Shown piece by piece: positions 54,386 through 64,000 of a stretch of DNA of 64,000 nucleotides. Source of the DNA: Blastochloris sp. (GTDB taxonomy: Bacteria; Verrucomicrobiota; Verrucomicrobiia; Methylacidiphilales; JAAUTS01); contig JAWXBW010000013.1 of assembly GCA_034440395.1 (NCBI GenBank), positions 4,595-68,594 on the forward strand, written 5' to 3'. The first letter of the stretch is position 1. The number at the start of each line of letters is the position of its first letter. The position numbers and the translations under genes were made by a program. The notes beneath the pieces are model-generated. The model saw nothing but the letters and a program-made list of their open reading frames with translations, did no database searches and was not told the DNA's origin.

Positions 54386-54574
54386 ATGGAAGGTAATATT
54401 CAAATCGCACTCGCCGCCCTCGGCGCCGCCCTCGCAGTAGGCTTCATCGGAGCTAAGGCAGCTGAGGGCGTTGCCCGTAACCCCGGCGCAGCCACACCCA
54501 TTCTCGTTCAGTCCATCCTTGCGATGGCTTTGGCCGAAGGGGTGCTCTTCATCACCATCTTCATGGGCAAATAG
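54386..54574 (+). CDS. atpE: F0F1 ATP synthase subunit c
   Basis: MEGNIQIALAALGAALAVGFIGAKAAEGVARNPGAATPILVQSILAMALAEGVLFITIFMGK forms a two-helix hairpin with the ARNPG loop and the carboxylate in LAEGV. Start set at ATG 54386; the track ORF uses GTG 54329. Confidence 0.8.
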   Translation: MEGNIQIALAALGAALAVGFIGAKAAEGVARNPGAATPILVQSILAMALAEGVLFITIFMGK

Positions 54575-54586
54575 TCCAATCAGAAA

Positions 54587-54633
54587 CGTGCGCTTGAGCC
54601 AAGCTTGAGCGCACGCTTTCATCCCTCTTTTTT
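54587..54633 (+). terminator. Strong intra-operon stem-loop between atpE and atpF (attenuator or mRNA-stabilising hairpin)
   Basis: 54587..54599 pairs with 54603..54615 in a 13-bp stem (CGUGCGCUUGAGC / GCUUGAGCGCACG) containing 2 G-U pairs, with a CAA loop. It is followed by CUUUCAUCCCUCUUUUUU. Confidence 0.5.
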
Positions 54634-54660
54634 AGTTAGCTTTTAACCAGATCACGTAGC

Positions 54661-55218
54661 ATGAATGACTTATTATTTTTAGCAGCAGCTGAGGCTCAAT
54701 CAGATGGCATCGTCCCAGGTTTAGTGCGTAAGTTCGAAGGCGTAGGCGTCAACACGGGTGGTCTTATTGCCCAGATCATTGTTTTCGCTGTCCTTGCCTT
54801 TGCTCTGAAAAAATTTGCCTTTGATCCGATTCTTGCCGTCATGGATCAGCGCCGTAAAGAAATCGAAGCCTCACTGGCTAACGCTGAACAAATTAAAAAA
54901 GAACTGGCCGAAGCCGAAGCTAATCGCAAAGAGATTGTGAGACAAGCCAACGTTGACGCTATGGCACTGATTGAAGAAGCTAAGAAAAGTGCTGATGCCC
55001 TTGGAGGCAAGAAAATGGCGGAAGCGGCTGCACAGGCTGAGCTTATTCTTCTCCGGGCTGAAGAAACCGCGCTGCGTGACCGTGAAAAACTCCTTTCCGA
55101 TTTGAAAAAAGAAGTCGCTAGCCTTGTAATCCAAACTACAGGCAAAGTTCTAGGCCGCACCATTACCTCTGAGGACGAAGCCCGCCTCCGTCAAGAAGTG
55201 GTCGGCAGCGTTTCCTAA
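54661..55218 (+). CDS. atpF: F0F1 ATP synthase subunit b
   Basis: 185 aa. One N-terminal TM (LIAQIIVFAVLAFALKKFAF), then a long charged helix (MDQRRKEIEASLANAEQIKKELAEAEANRKEI...). Confidence 0.75.
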   Translation: MNDLLFLAAAEAQSDGIVPGLVRKFEGVGVNTGGLIAQIIVFAVLAFALKKFAFDPILAVMDQRRKEIEASLANAEQIKKELAEAEANRKEIVRQANVDAMALIEEAKKSADALGGKKMAEAAAQAELILLRAEETALRDREKLLSDLKKEVASLVIQTTGKVLGRTITSEDEARLRQEVVGSVS

Positions 55219-55239
55219 GTAACTCTATTTTTATCCATC

Positions 55240-55629
55240 ATGAAAATCAATCGCGAGTCCCGTTCCATGGCCAAGAAGCTTTATAATAGCTGCTTGTCCG
55301 CTGGCATTCTCGACGAAAAACGTGCGCTGCAGGTTGTCACCTATATCGTGCAAAACAAGCCGCGTAATTATTTCCCGATTTTAAATCGTTTAAAAAAACT
55401 TATCTCTCTTAAGCTAGCAGAATCTTCCGCTGTGGTAGAATCTCCCCAATCTCTCGGTTCGGAAGAGTCCGCCATTACCGCTAAAATTCGTCAACGCTTC
55501 GGTGCTCATGTCAGTGTTAAATTTACCCAGAAACCAGAATTGCTCGGTGGCCTTCGCATCACGGTAGGAAGCCAAGTCTGGGACGGCAGCATCCAGACAC
55601 GTCTGAAGAATTTACAAAACAGTTTTTAA
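55240..55629 (+). CDS. atpH: F0F1 ATP synthase subunit delta (OSCP), unusually short
   Basis: 129 aa. The C-terminal PELLGGLRITVGSQVWDGSIQTRLKNL matches the delta signature, and the position between atpF and atpA fits. Confidence 0.65.
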   Translation: MKINRESRSMAKKLYNSCLSAGILDEKRALQVVTYIVQNKPRNYFPILNRLKKLISLKLAESSAVVESPQSLGSEESAITAKIRQRFGAHVSVKFTQKPELLGGLRITVGSQVWDGSIQTRLKNLQNSF

Positions 55630-55673
55630 TTAACCCTTTAACAGCACCTTAAACCAACCAGAAACACATCGCT

Positions 55674-57203
55674 ATGAGCACATTGTTAGAAGATATCGAA
55701 TCCCAGATTAAAGGCCTAAAAACCGAAGTTGCTAAATCAAACGTCGGCACTGTCCGTGAAATCATGGACGGCGTGGCTAAGATCGAAGGTCTTGCAGGTG
55801 CTGCCTTGAATGAAATGCTAGAGTTCCCCGGCGGTGTTTATGGACTAGCCTTGAATTTGGAAGAAACCGAAGTCGGTGCTATCATTCTTGGTAATTACCT
55901 CGGCATTAAAGAAGGTGACCAAGTTAAAACCACAGGTAAACTTCTCCAGATCCCCGTTGGCAAGGGCCTCCTCGGTCGCGTGGTGGACATGCTTGGTAAT
56001 CCCATTGACGGAAAAGGTCCTGTGCAAAGTTCCGTCTCTTATCCTTTAGAAAAGCTGGCTCCTGGCGTCATGAAACGCAAATCTGTTAGCCAACCTGTCC
56101 AAACTGGCATTATGGCCATCGACGCCATGATCCCGATTGGTCGTGGTCAACGCGAGCTCATTATCGGTGACCGCGCTACAGGTAAAACAACCATCGCCAT
56201 CGACACCATCATCAACCAAGCACGCATTAATAAAGCGGGTGAAGGTAAAGCCGGTTTCCGCCCCCTATATTCCATCTACGTTGCTGTGGGACAGAAGCAG
56301 TCTAACGTGGCGCGGGTCATCGGTATTTTAGAAGAAGCTGGAGCGATGCCTTATACCATCATCGTCGCAGCGACGGCTTCGGATTCTGCCACCATGCAAT
56401 ACTTAGCGCCCTTTGCTGGTGCTGCTATTGGAGAGTGGTTCATGGACAATGGTCAAGATGCGTTAATTGTGTTTGATGATTTGTCTAAACACGCTGTAGC
56501 TTACCGCCAAGTTTCATTAATCTTAAAGCGTCCTTCAGGACGTGAAGCTTATCCCGGAGATGTGTTCTATCTGCATTCCCGTTTGCTCGAGCGCTCCGCT
56601 CGTGTGAATGAAGCTAGTGGTAACGGATCCCTAACAGCGCTGCCTATTATCGAAACCCAAGCGGGTGACGTTTCCGCCTACATTCCGACTAACGTGATCT
56701 CCATCACTGACGGTCAGATTTATTTAGAAACGGATTTATTTTATCAAGGTATCCGTCCTGCCATCTCCGTCGGTCTCTCTGTTTCCCGTGTAGGTTCTGC
56801 TGCTCAGATCAAAGCGATGAAACAGGTTGCTGGTAAGATTAAGGGTATGTTAGCTCAGTTCCGTGAGCTCGCCGCCTTCGCCCAGTTCGGATCAGATTTA
56901 GACACTGCAACCAAAGGCCTGATTGAGCGCGGCCAACGCATCGTGGAGCTTTTTAAACAACAACAATATAATCCTATCCCCGTTGAAATTCAGGCCGTGA
57001 TTCTTTGGGCGGTGCAGAACAGTTTCTTTGATACCGTCCCTGTGGAAAAAGTGCGTGATTATCAGACAAAGTTGACGGAATTTTTACAGAGTCGCCACGA
57101 ACCTCTCTTAGCTAAATTGCGTGATAAGGGTGCTTTTGACGATGAAATCACAGGTGAGTTTAAAAAGGTCTTAGGCCTCTTTGCTGAAACTTACACGGCT
57201 TAA
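55674..57203 (+). CDS. atpA: F0F1 ATP synthase subunit alpha
   Basis: 509 aa. [14 protein letters not shown] (Walker A), [12 protein letters not shown], and [20 protein letters not shown]. Confidence 0.95.
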   Translation: MSTLLEDIESQIKGLKTEVAKSNVGTVREIMDGVAKIEGLAGAALNEMLEFPGGVYGLALNLEETEVGAIILGNYLGIKEGDQVKTTGKLLQIPVGKGLLGRVVDMLGNPIDGKGPVQSSVSYPLEKLAPGVMKRKSVSQPVQTGIMAIDAMIPIGRGQRELIIGDRATGKTTIAIDTIINQARINKAGEGKAGFRPLYSIYVAVGQKQSNVARVIGILEEAGAMPYTIIVAATASDSATMQYLAPFAGAAIGEWFMDNGQDALIVFDDLSKHAVAYRQVSLILKRPSGREAYPGDVFYLHSRLLERSARVNEASGNGSLTALPIIETQAGDVSAYIPTNVISITDGQIYLETDLFYQGIRPAISVGLSVSRVGSAAQIKAMKQVAGKIKGMLAQFRELAAFAQFGSDLDTATKGLIERGQRIVELFKQQQYNPIPVEIQAVILWAVQNSFFDTVPVEKVRDYQTKLTEFLQSRHEPLLAKLRDKGAFDDEITGEFKKVLGLFAETYTA

Positions 57204-57236
57204 TTATCTAAATTTAAAAGTAGAATTTTTTTTCAC

Positions 57237-59584
<2,348 letters not shown>

Positions 59585-59613
59585 GAAATCGTTTAATTTA
59601 AAACTTAGCTGCT

Positions 59614-60024
59614 ATGCCAACTTTACAACTTGAGATCGTCACGCCAGAGAAGAAAGCTTACTCGGCGGAAGTGGACTCTGTGGTCTTACCTGGAGTTGCT
59701 GGGGAGATTGGCATTTTTCCCAACCACATCGCCATCATGACGGCGATTAAGCCTGGAGAGCTTCGTATTAGCGTTTCGGGTAAAGAAGAGTCATTGGCGG
59801 TGGGTGAAGGATTCGTGGAAGTGGCTAACAATAAAGTATCTGTGTTGACGGATGCTGCCATTAACGTCGAAGACATTGACGAAGGCCACGTGGAAGAAGC
59901 GATTAAACGTGCTCAGGAAGCTCTGGAGAAAGCGAAGAACGATCCGGAAGAATCTTCTGCTTTATACGCATCCCTTGCCCGCGCTACGGCTCAGCTCCAT
60001 CTTAAGCGCAAACGTCGCGGGTAG
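59614..60024 (+). CDS. atpC: F0F1 ATP synthase subunit epsilon
   Basis: 136 aa. LQLEIVTPEK....V.SVVLPGVAGEIGIFPNHIA, and it is the last gene of the operon. Confidence 0.85.
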   Translation: MPTLQLEIVTPEKKAYSAEVDSVVLPGVAGEIGIFPNHIAIMTAIKPGELRISVSGKEESLAVGEGFVEVANNKVSVLTDAAINVEDIDEGHVEEAIKRAQEALEKAKNDPEESSALYASLARATAQLHLKRKRRG

Positions 60025-60074
60025 TAAAAATTTCCTTCATAGCTCTAGGCTTGCTTTAGAAGAAGGACTGACGT

Positions 60075-60428
60075 ATGACTAGAGTTATGAAATCGTTATT
60101 TACCCTTCTGTTTTTGGGTTTAGGTCTGAGCGGAGCTTTAGCCCAAGACAATACCTTTAAAGCCACCACAGCTAAGCCAGCTAACCTTACGACTCGACAC
60201 GGAGTTGCGGCGGGAGAAAAACTTCAGCCCAAAGCGACTGGAGTCATTATCATGATGTCTGAAAAAGGACTAGAAGTTTTGAATCCCTTAGCCCCGGCTC
60301 AGTTGGGCAAAGGCGAAAAGCAGGTGACCAAAAATATCAAAGTTACCTCGGGTGATAACAATACCGAGCTAACGAGTGAGGATAAAAGAACTTACGGCGG
60401 TATTATTCTCATAGGCCTCGATTTTTAA
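60075..60428 (+). CDS. Secreted hypothetical protein
   Basis: 117 aa with a signal peptide (LFTLLFLGLGLSGALAQ). No recognisable domain. Confidence 0.45.
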   Translation: MTRVMKSLFTLLFLGLGLSGALAQDNTFKATTAKPANLTTRHGVAAGEKLQPKATGVIIMMSEKGLEVLNPLAPAQLGKGEKQVTKNIKVTSGDNNTELTSEDKRTYGGIILIGLDF

Positions 60429-60446
60429 CCACGAGCGAATCTTCGA

Positions 60447-61319
60447 TTAGAAGCTGATTTTTTCTATACTCACTTCGACTCGTAGCGCGTTCTCTACGGG
60501 CTCGGAGTTTAGGTAGGATCCTTGAACGGGATTGACGGTTTCGGGGAAGCTCGTTACGGCTACGGGGATAAAATTATTATTAGTTAAAATCCCGTGAGTA
60601 GGATCAAAGCCCAGCCAGCCGGCACCTGGGATGTATACTTCACACCACGCATGCATGGCATTATCAGCGCGGTTCTCAGATGGGGTCTGACCGAGAAGAG
60701 GTGGCACATAAAGGTAACCGCTGACGAAACGGCAGGCTAGGTTGAGTTCACGACAGGCTGCCATAAAAAGTAAGGCAAAATCACGACAGCTCCCAGAGCG
60801 AAGGGTGAGGGTTTCGTTAGGCGTTTGAAGCCCCATTTCTTCACGTCGATTATAGGTCAGAGTTTGAAAGATGTGCGAGTTCAGTTTGGTTAAAATATCT
60901 AAAGTAGGACCTTGCCGCTGCCCTAATGCCTGTGTGACCCACGCTGAAACTTGAGAGGAGTCTGCCAGATGAAGTAGCGAGGCGGCGAGGCTGGCCTGTT
61001 CACTCTCGTTGTATGAAAAGGGGAGGTTTGCAGCGTGTGGCTCCAAGAGAAAATCAAAAGGATTTGTCTGTAATAGTTCTACGGTGATCTCGGCGTGGAT
61101 GACGAGTTGTTTAGAGCTGCCTTCAATAATGCAGCGAGCAATGCTATTTTCTTGAGTATCGCGCATCCAAGTAATTCGACCACTAGGGACGGTGGTTAAT
61201 TGAAAGTCTAGCACGTGGGTTTGATGATTCTCGCGCGGGCGCAAAACGACGAGGTGCGGTGTGAACAGAACTTTTTCTGCGTAGTCGTAATGTGTGGTGT
61301 GGGAGACGCGAAGTTTCAT
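60447..61319 (-). CDS. Transglutaminase-like cysteine peptidase family protein (Bact_transglu_N plus transglutaminase core)
   Basis: 290 aa. MKLRVSHTTHYDY N-terminal signature and core triad candidates GSCRDFALLF (Cys), MHAWCEVY (His), and GFDPTHG (Asp). Confidence 0.75.
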   Translation of the reverse strand: MKLRVSHTTHYDYAEKVLFTPHLVVLRPRENHQTHVLDFQLTTVPSGRITWMRDTQENSIARCIIEGSSKQLVIHAEITVELLQTNPFDFLLEPHAANLPFSYNESEQASLAASLLHLADSSQVSAWVTQALGQRQGPTLDILTKLNSHIFQTLTYNRREEMGLQTPNETLTLRSGSCRDFALLFMAACRELNLACRFVSGYLYVPPLLGQTPSENRADNAMHAWCEVYIPGAGWLGFDPTHGILTNNNFIPVAVTSFPETVNPVQGSYLNSEPVENALRVEVSIEKISF

Positions 61320-62368
61320 CTAGAATGGTTCTTAATTAGATCTAAGCACTCAGTCAAGTCCTGCACTTGCTCCATCCAGTAGTGACGGGTTCCATAGTGG
61401 GGAAAGGCTTGGGGAAAGGCGGGATCGGCCCAACGTTTAGCCATCCATGCGGAGAAATGAATATAGCGTAAGGCACGCAGGGGTTCAATCAAGCGAAGGG
61501 AGGCATGATCAAAATTTCTCATTTCTTGATACGCACTGATCATTTCGTTGAGCTGCATGCGGCTCTCGGGATCGCGCCCTGGGGCTAGGAGCCATAGGTC
61601 TTGGATGCAGGGTCCATTGACCATATCATCGAAATCTACCAAATAAATTTCATCTTGTCTCCAGAGCACATTGCCCAAATGACAGTCGCCGTGGATACGT
61701 TGTGGTTGGCAATTATCAAACAAGGGATAGCTAAGTTCACAGATTTCCTCAACAGCATCAGCATAGTCATCTTCCAGATCTTCAGGAATAATTTCGTTTT
61801 CTAGTAAATAGTCGAGGCTACTTAGTCCGTAGGTTTCTGGCTCAAGTGAAATACGGTTGGGTGCTGTCCCTTGGCCACCGACTTGGTGGACGCGGGCGAG
61901 TAAGCGGCCTAGTCGTTGCAATTGCTCGGGTTGTAACTCGTCGGGATTACGTCCGCCTTGACGTGGAAATAAGGTGTAAAATATTCCGCACTCTTCCATT
62001 TCATGGAGAGTCTCTCCATCTTCGTCCAGAAGAGGTGCGATGCAGGGAATGTCTTGGGCACGTAAATCGAGAAGGAAACGATGTTCCTCTAAAATTTGTT
62101 CAGCTGACCAACGGCCTGGGCGATAGAATTTAGCAATGGCGTAGGAAACGCCTGAATCGGTGGAGGAATCATCAATCTCAATTTCATAGACACGGTTTTC
62201 CATGCTGTTCAGAGCTAAGCAGCGACCCGTGCAGCGATGGCCTAAGGTTTCAACGGCATCGAGGATACGGTCTGGATTTAAATCGTAAAAAAATTGGGTT
62301 GCGTTACTGCCCCAAGCAAAAGAGGGATTCTGGGGCGCGCTAGGATCGGCTTGGGTTTTATCGGTCAT
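61316..62368 (-). CDS. srkA: Stress response Ser/Thr kinase SrkA (YihE/RdoA)
   Basis: 350 aa and collinear with E. coli YihE by eye. LNSMENRVYEI, KFYRPGRWSAEQILEEHRFLLDL, RIHGDCHLGNVLWR, DFDDMVNGPCIQDLWLL, IEPLRALRYIHFSAWMAKRWADPAFPQAFP. The TGA stop overlaps the transglutaminase ATG (ATGA). Confidence 0.8.
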   Translation of the reverse strand: MTDKTQADPSAPQNPSFAWGSNATQFFYDLNPDRILDAVETLGHRCTGRCLALNSMENRVYEIEIDDSSTDSGVSYAIAKFYRPGRWSAEQILEEHRFLLDLRAQDIPCIAPLLDEDGETLHEMEECGIFYTLFPRQGGRNPDELQPEQLQRLGRLLARVHQVGGQGTAPNRISLEPETYGLSSLDYLLENEIIPEDLEDDYADAVEEICELSYPLFDNCQPQRIHGDCHLGNVLWRQDEIYLVDFDDMVNGPCIQDLWLLAPGRDPESRMQLNEMISAYQEMRNFDHASLRLIEPLRALRYIHFSAWMAKRWADPAFPQAFPHYGTRHYWMEQVQDLTECLDLIKNHSR

Positions 62369-62485
62369 CTGAGTCTAAGTTAGATGATAACGGTGAAACA
62401 GGAAGGGTTAACTTAAACTTATGTAACGACGCAATCGTCATTGACCAAGCAGCACGCATTATTCAACAATCTAAGCCTTCTCATT

Positions 62486-63511
62486 ATGACATCTCGTGAA
62501 CGATTTTTAGCTGCTCTTGCCTGTCAACCTCTGGATCGTCCGCCCGTTTGGTTAATGCGACAGGCGGGTCGCTATTTGCCTGAATATCGTGCGATGAAGG
62601 AGAAGCATTCTTTCGTCGAGATGGTGCGCACACCGGAGCTGGCGACAGAAGTAACGCTACAGCCGCTGCGGCGTTTTCCTTTAGATGCGGCCATTATATT
62701 TTCAGATATTTTGGTTATACCAGAAGCTTTGGGGCAACCCTACCGTTTTAAGGAAACAGGCGGGATCGAGATGGAATACGCTTTACGCAGTTCCGAACAG
62801 ATTAGCCGTTTGCGAAGTAAGGGCGTGCATCAACGCTTAGATTACGTGGCACAAGCCTTAGCTAGAACACGGAGCGAGCTGGGGAATGCTACGGCTTTAT
62901 TAGGTTTTTGCGGCACGCCGTGGACTTTAGGTAGTTACATGACGCAAGGTGGTAGCCCAACGGAAAGTCCAGCTATCTTAGAATTATTTCAAAAAGATCG
63001 ACCCCTTTTTAACCAATTAATGGGAATACTTACTTCTGCATGTATCGACTACTTAAAAATGCAGATTGATGCTGGAGCTGATGCGGTACAGCTCTTCGAT
63101 TCATGGGCTTCCCTTAGCCCAGATAAAGACTATGGCGAAGCTTCGTTACGTTGGGTGCAGGAAATTATCGAGGCACTGCCTTCTTCCTTTCCCGTTATTT
63201 TGTTTGCTAAGGGAAAGGCACATCAGCGCAAGGCTTTAGTACAGACGGGAGCGCGAGTTATTAGTTACGACTGGAGCGTAAATCTGGCTCAGGAGCGTAA
63301 GCTGGTGCCCGCTTCGATAGCGGTTCAGGGCAATTTAGATCCTGAGGTTTTAACGATGGATCAAGAGACCACTCAGATGCGGACGCTAGAGCTGCTGGAG
63401 TCCATGAGAGGCCATGCTGGTTACATATTTAACTTAGGTCATGGGCTAACACCGAAAGCTAAGGTGGAAAATGTACAGACTTTAGTAGAGACAGTTTGCA
63501 ATTTTAAGTGA
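62486..63511 (+). CDS. hemE: Uroporphyrinogen decarboxylase
   Basis: RFLAALACQPLDRPPVWLMRQAGRYLPEYR, ATEVTLQPLRRFPLDAAIIFSDILV, and NLGHG. Start set at ATG 62486; the track ORF begins at TTG 62441. Confidence 0.85.
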   Translation: MTSRERFLAALACQPLDRPPVWLMRQAGRYLPEYRAMKEKHSFVEMVRTPELATEVTLQPLRRFPLDAAIIFSDILVIPEALGQPYRFKETGGIEMEYALRSSEQISRLRSKGVHQRLDYVAQALARTRSELGNATALLGFCGTPWTLGSYMTQGGSPTESPAILELFQKDRPLFNQLMGILTSACIDYLKMQIDAGADAVQLFDSWASLSPDKDYGEASLRWVQEIIEALPSSFPVILFAKGKAHQRKALVQTGARVISYDWSVNLAQERKLVPASIAVQGNLDPEVLTMDQETTQMRTLELLESMRGHAGYIFNLGHGLTPKAKVENVQTLVETVCNFK

Positions 63512-63530
63512 TTAGCGGCCGAGTCTCTTT

Positions 63531-64000
63531 TTAGAAAAAAAGCCAGCCTACGAGAATTAGGATGGGCAATAAAATGGGTAATGAATATTTCCAGATGTAG
63601 GTGAAGAACTCTGGGGTCTCTACTTTAGACTGATCTGCGATAGATTTAACCATGAAGTTCGGGCCGTTTCCGATATAGGTCATGGCTCCGAAAAAAACAG
63701 CACCTAGGGAGATAGCCATTAATTCAATCCCGTCTAGTCCCATATAGATTTGTAAATCTGCTAAATTATCTAGACTCAGCACATGGCCATCTGCCGCCGT
63801 ATGTTGACTGAGAGAAGTGGTCAAAAAGGCTAGGTAGGTAGGGGCGTTATCGAGCACTCCGGAAAGTGCTCCAGTGAGAAAATAAAATTTTAAAGGACTG
63901 TCCACACCCAAGGAACCAGCGTGATGTTGGAGGTAATCAAGGGCGGGAACCATCGTTGTAAAAATACCAGCGAAGAGCCAAGCCACTTCCTTGATCGGGG
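63531..64000 (-). CDS. ArsB/NhaD-superfamily ion transporter, C-terminal part (gene continues beyond the right edge)
   Basis: The reading frame is open to the window edge (...PIKEVAWLFAGIFTTMVPALDYL...SGVLDNAPTYLAFL...GNGPNFMVKSIA...). The multi-TM sequence resembles NhaD-type sodium:proton antiporters. Confidence 0.6.
   Translation of the reverse strand, partial: PIKEVAWLFAGIFTTMVPALDYLQHHAGSLGVDSPLKFYFLTGALSGVLDNAPTYLAFLTTSLSQHTAADGHVLSLDNLADLQIYMGLDGIELMAISLGAVFFGAMTYIGNGPNFMVKSIADQSKVETPEFFTYIWKYSLPILLPILILVGWLFF

Overview
This is a chromosomal, mostly housekeeping window from a bacterium with moderate GC. I found about 65 protein-coding genes and several pseudogenes. I saw no rRNA, tRNA, CRISPR array, transposase, integrase or phage genes. 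Start codons are almost never preceded by a Shine-Dalgarno motif, and TPR, coiled-coil, GYF, vWA and partner-switching proteins are common. That is reminiscent of the PVC group (for example Verrucomicrobiota), but the taxon is only an inference. Landmarks, left to right: ftsH (partial, runs off the left edge, absent from the ORF track); an HNH nuclease; a cysteine desulfurase; a frameshifted AAA ATPase; a tight minus-strand operon (ppx/gppA N-half, HD-domain half, alkaline-phosphatase-like protein with every catalytic residue replaced, rsmA, Nudix, alpha/beta hydrolase); a small decayed accessory islet (BON remnant, relE/parE toxin with an in-frame TGA plus an intact antitoxin); a stress-type cluster (LDH-family, dodecin, CsbD, rpiB, nitroreductase); a LuxR-type response regulator; an ABC exporter plus M50 protease plus Ser/Thr kinase cluster; folB and purN; a CslA-like GT2 synthase followed by brnTA; miaB; a hybrid histidine kinase; yebC; a 900-aa GYF and coiled-coil protein; msrA; uvrA; a STAS and GAF-PP2C module translationally coupled to grpE-dnaJ; rsmE; zwf-pgl; ppk2; a decayed DUF433/DUF5615 pair; a stand-alone CHASE2 protein; the complete F1Fo atpBEFHAGDC operon; a transglutaminase-like gene overlapping srkA; hemE; and a partial ArsB/NhaD-type transporter. 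I did not find a clear-cut novel multi-gene system. The best leads are the partner-switching module fused to the heat-shock operon, the dead alkaline-phosphatase homolog in the polyP/nucleotide operon, the recurrent CGA->TGA inactivation of toxin-antitoxin loci, the repeat-bearing GYF coiled-coil protein, and the transglutaminase-SrkA pair. All family calls come from motif recognition by eye and none has been checked by a database search.
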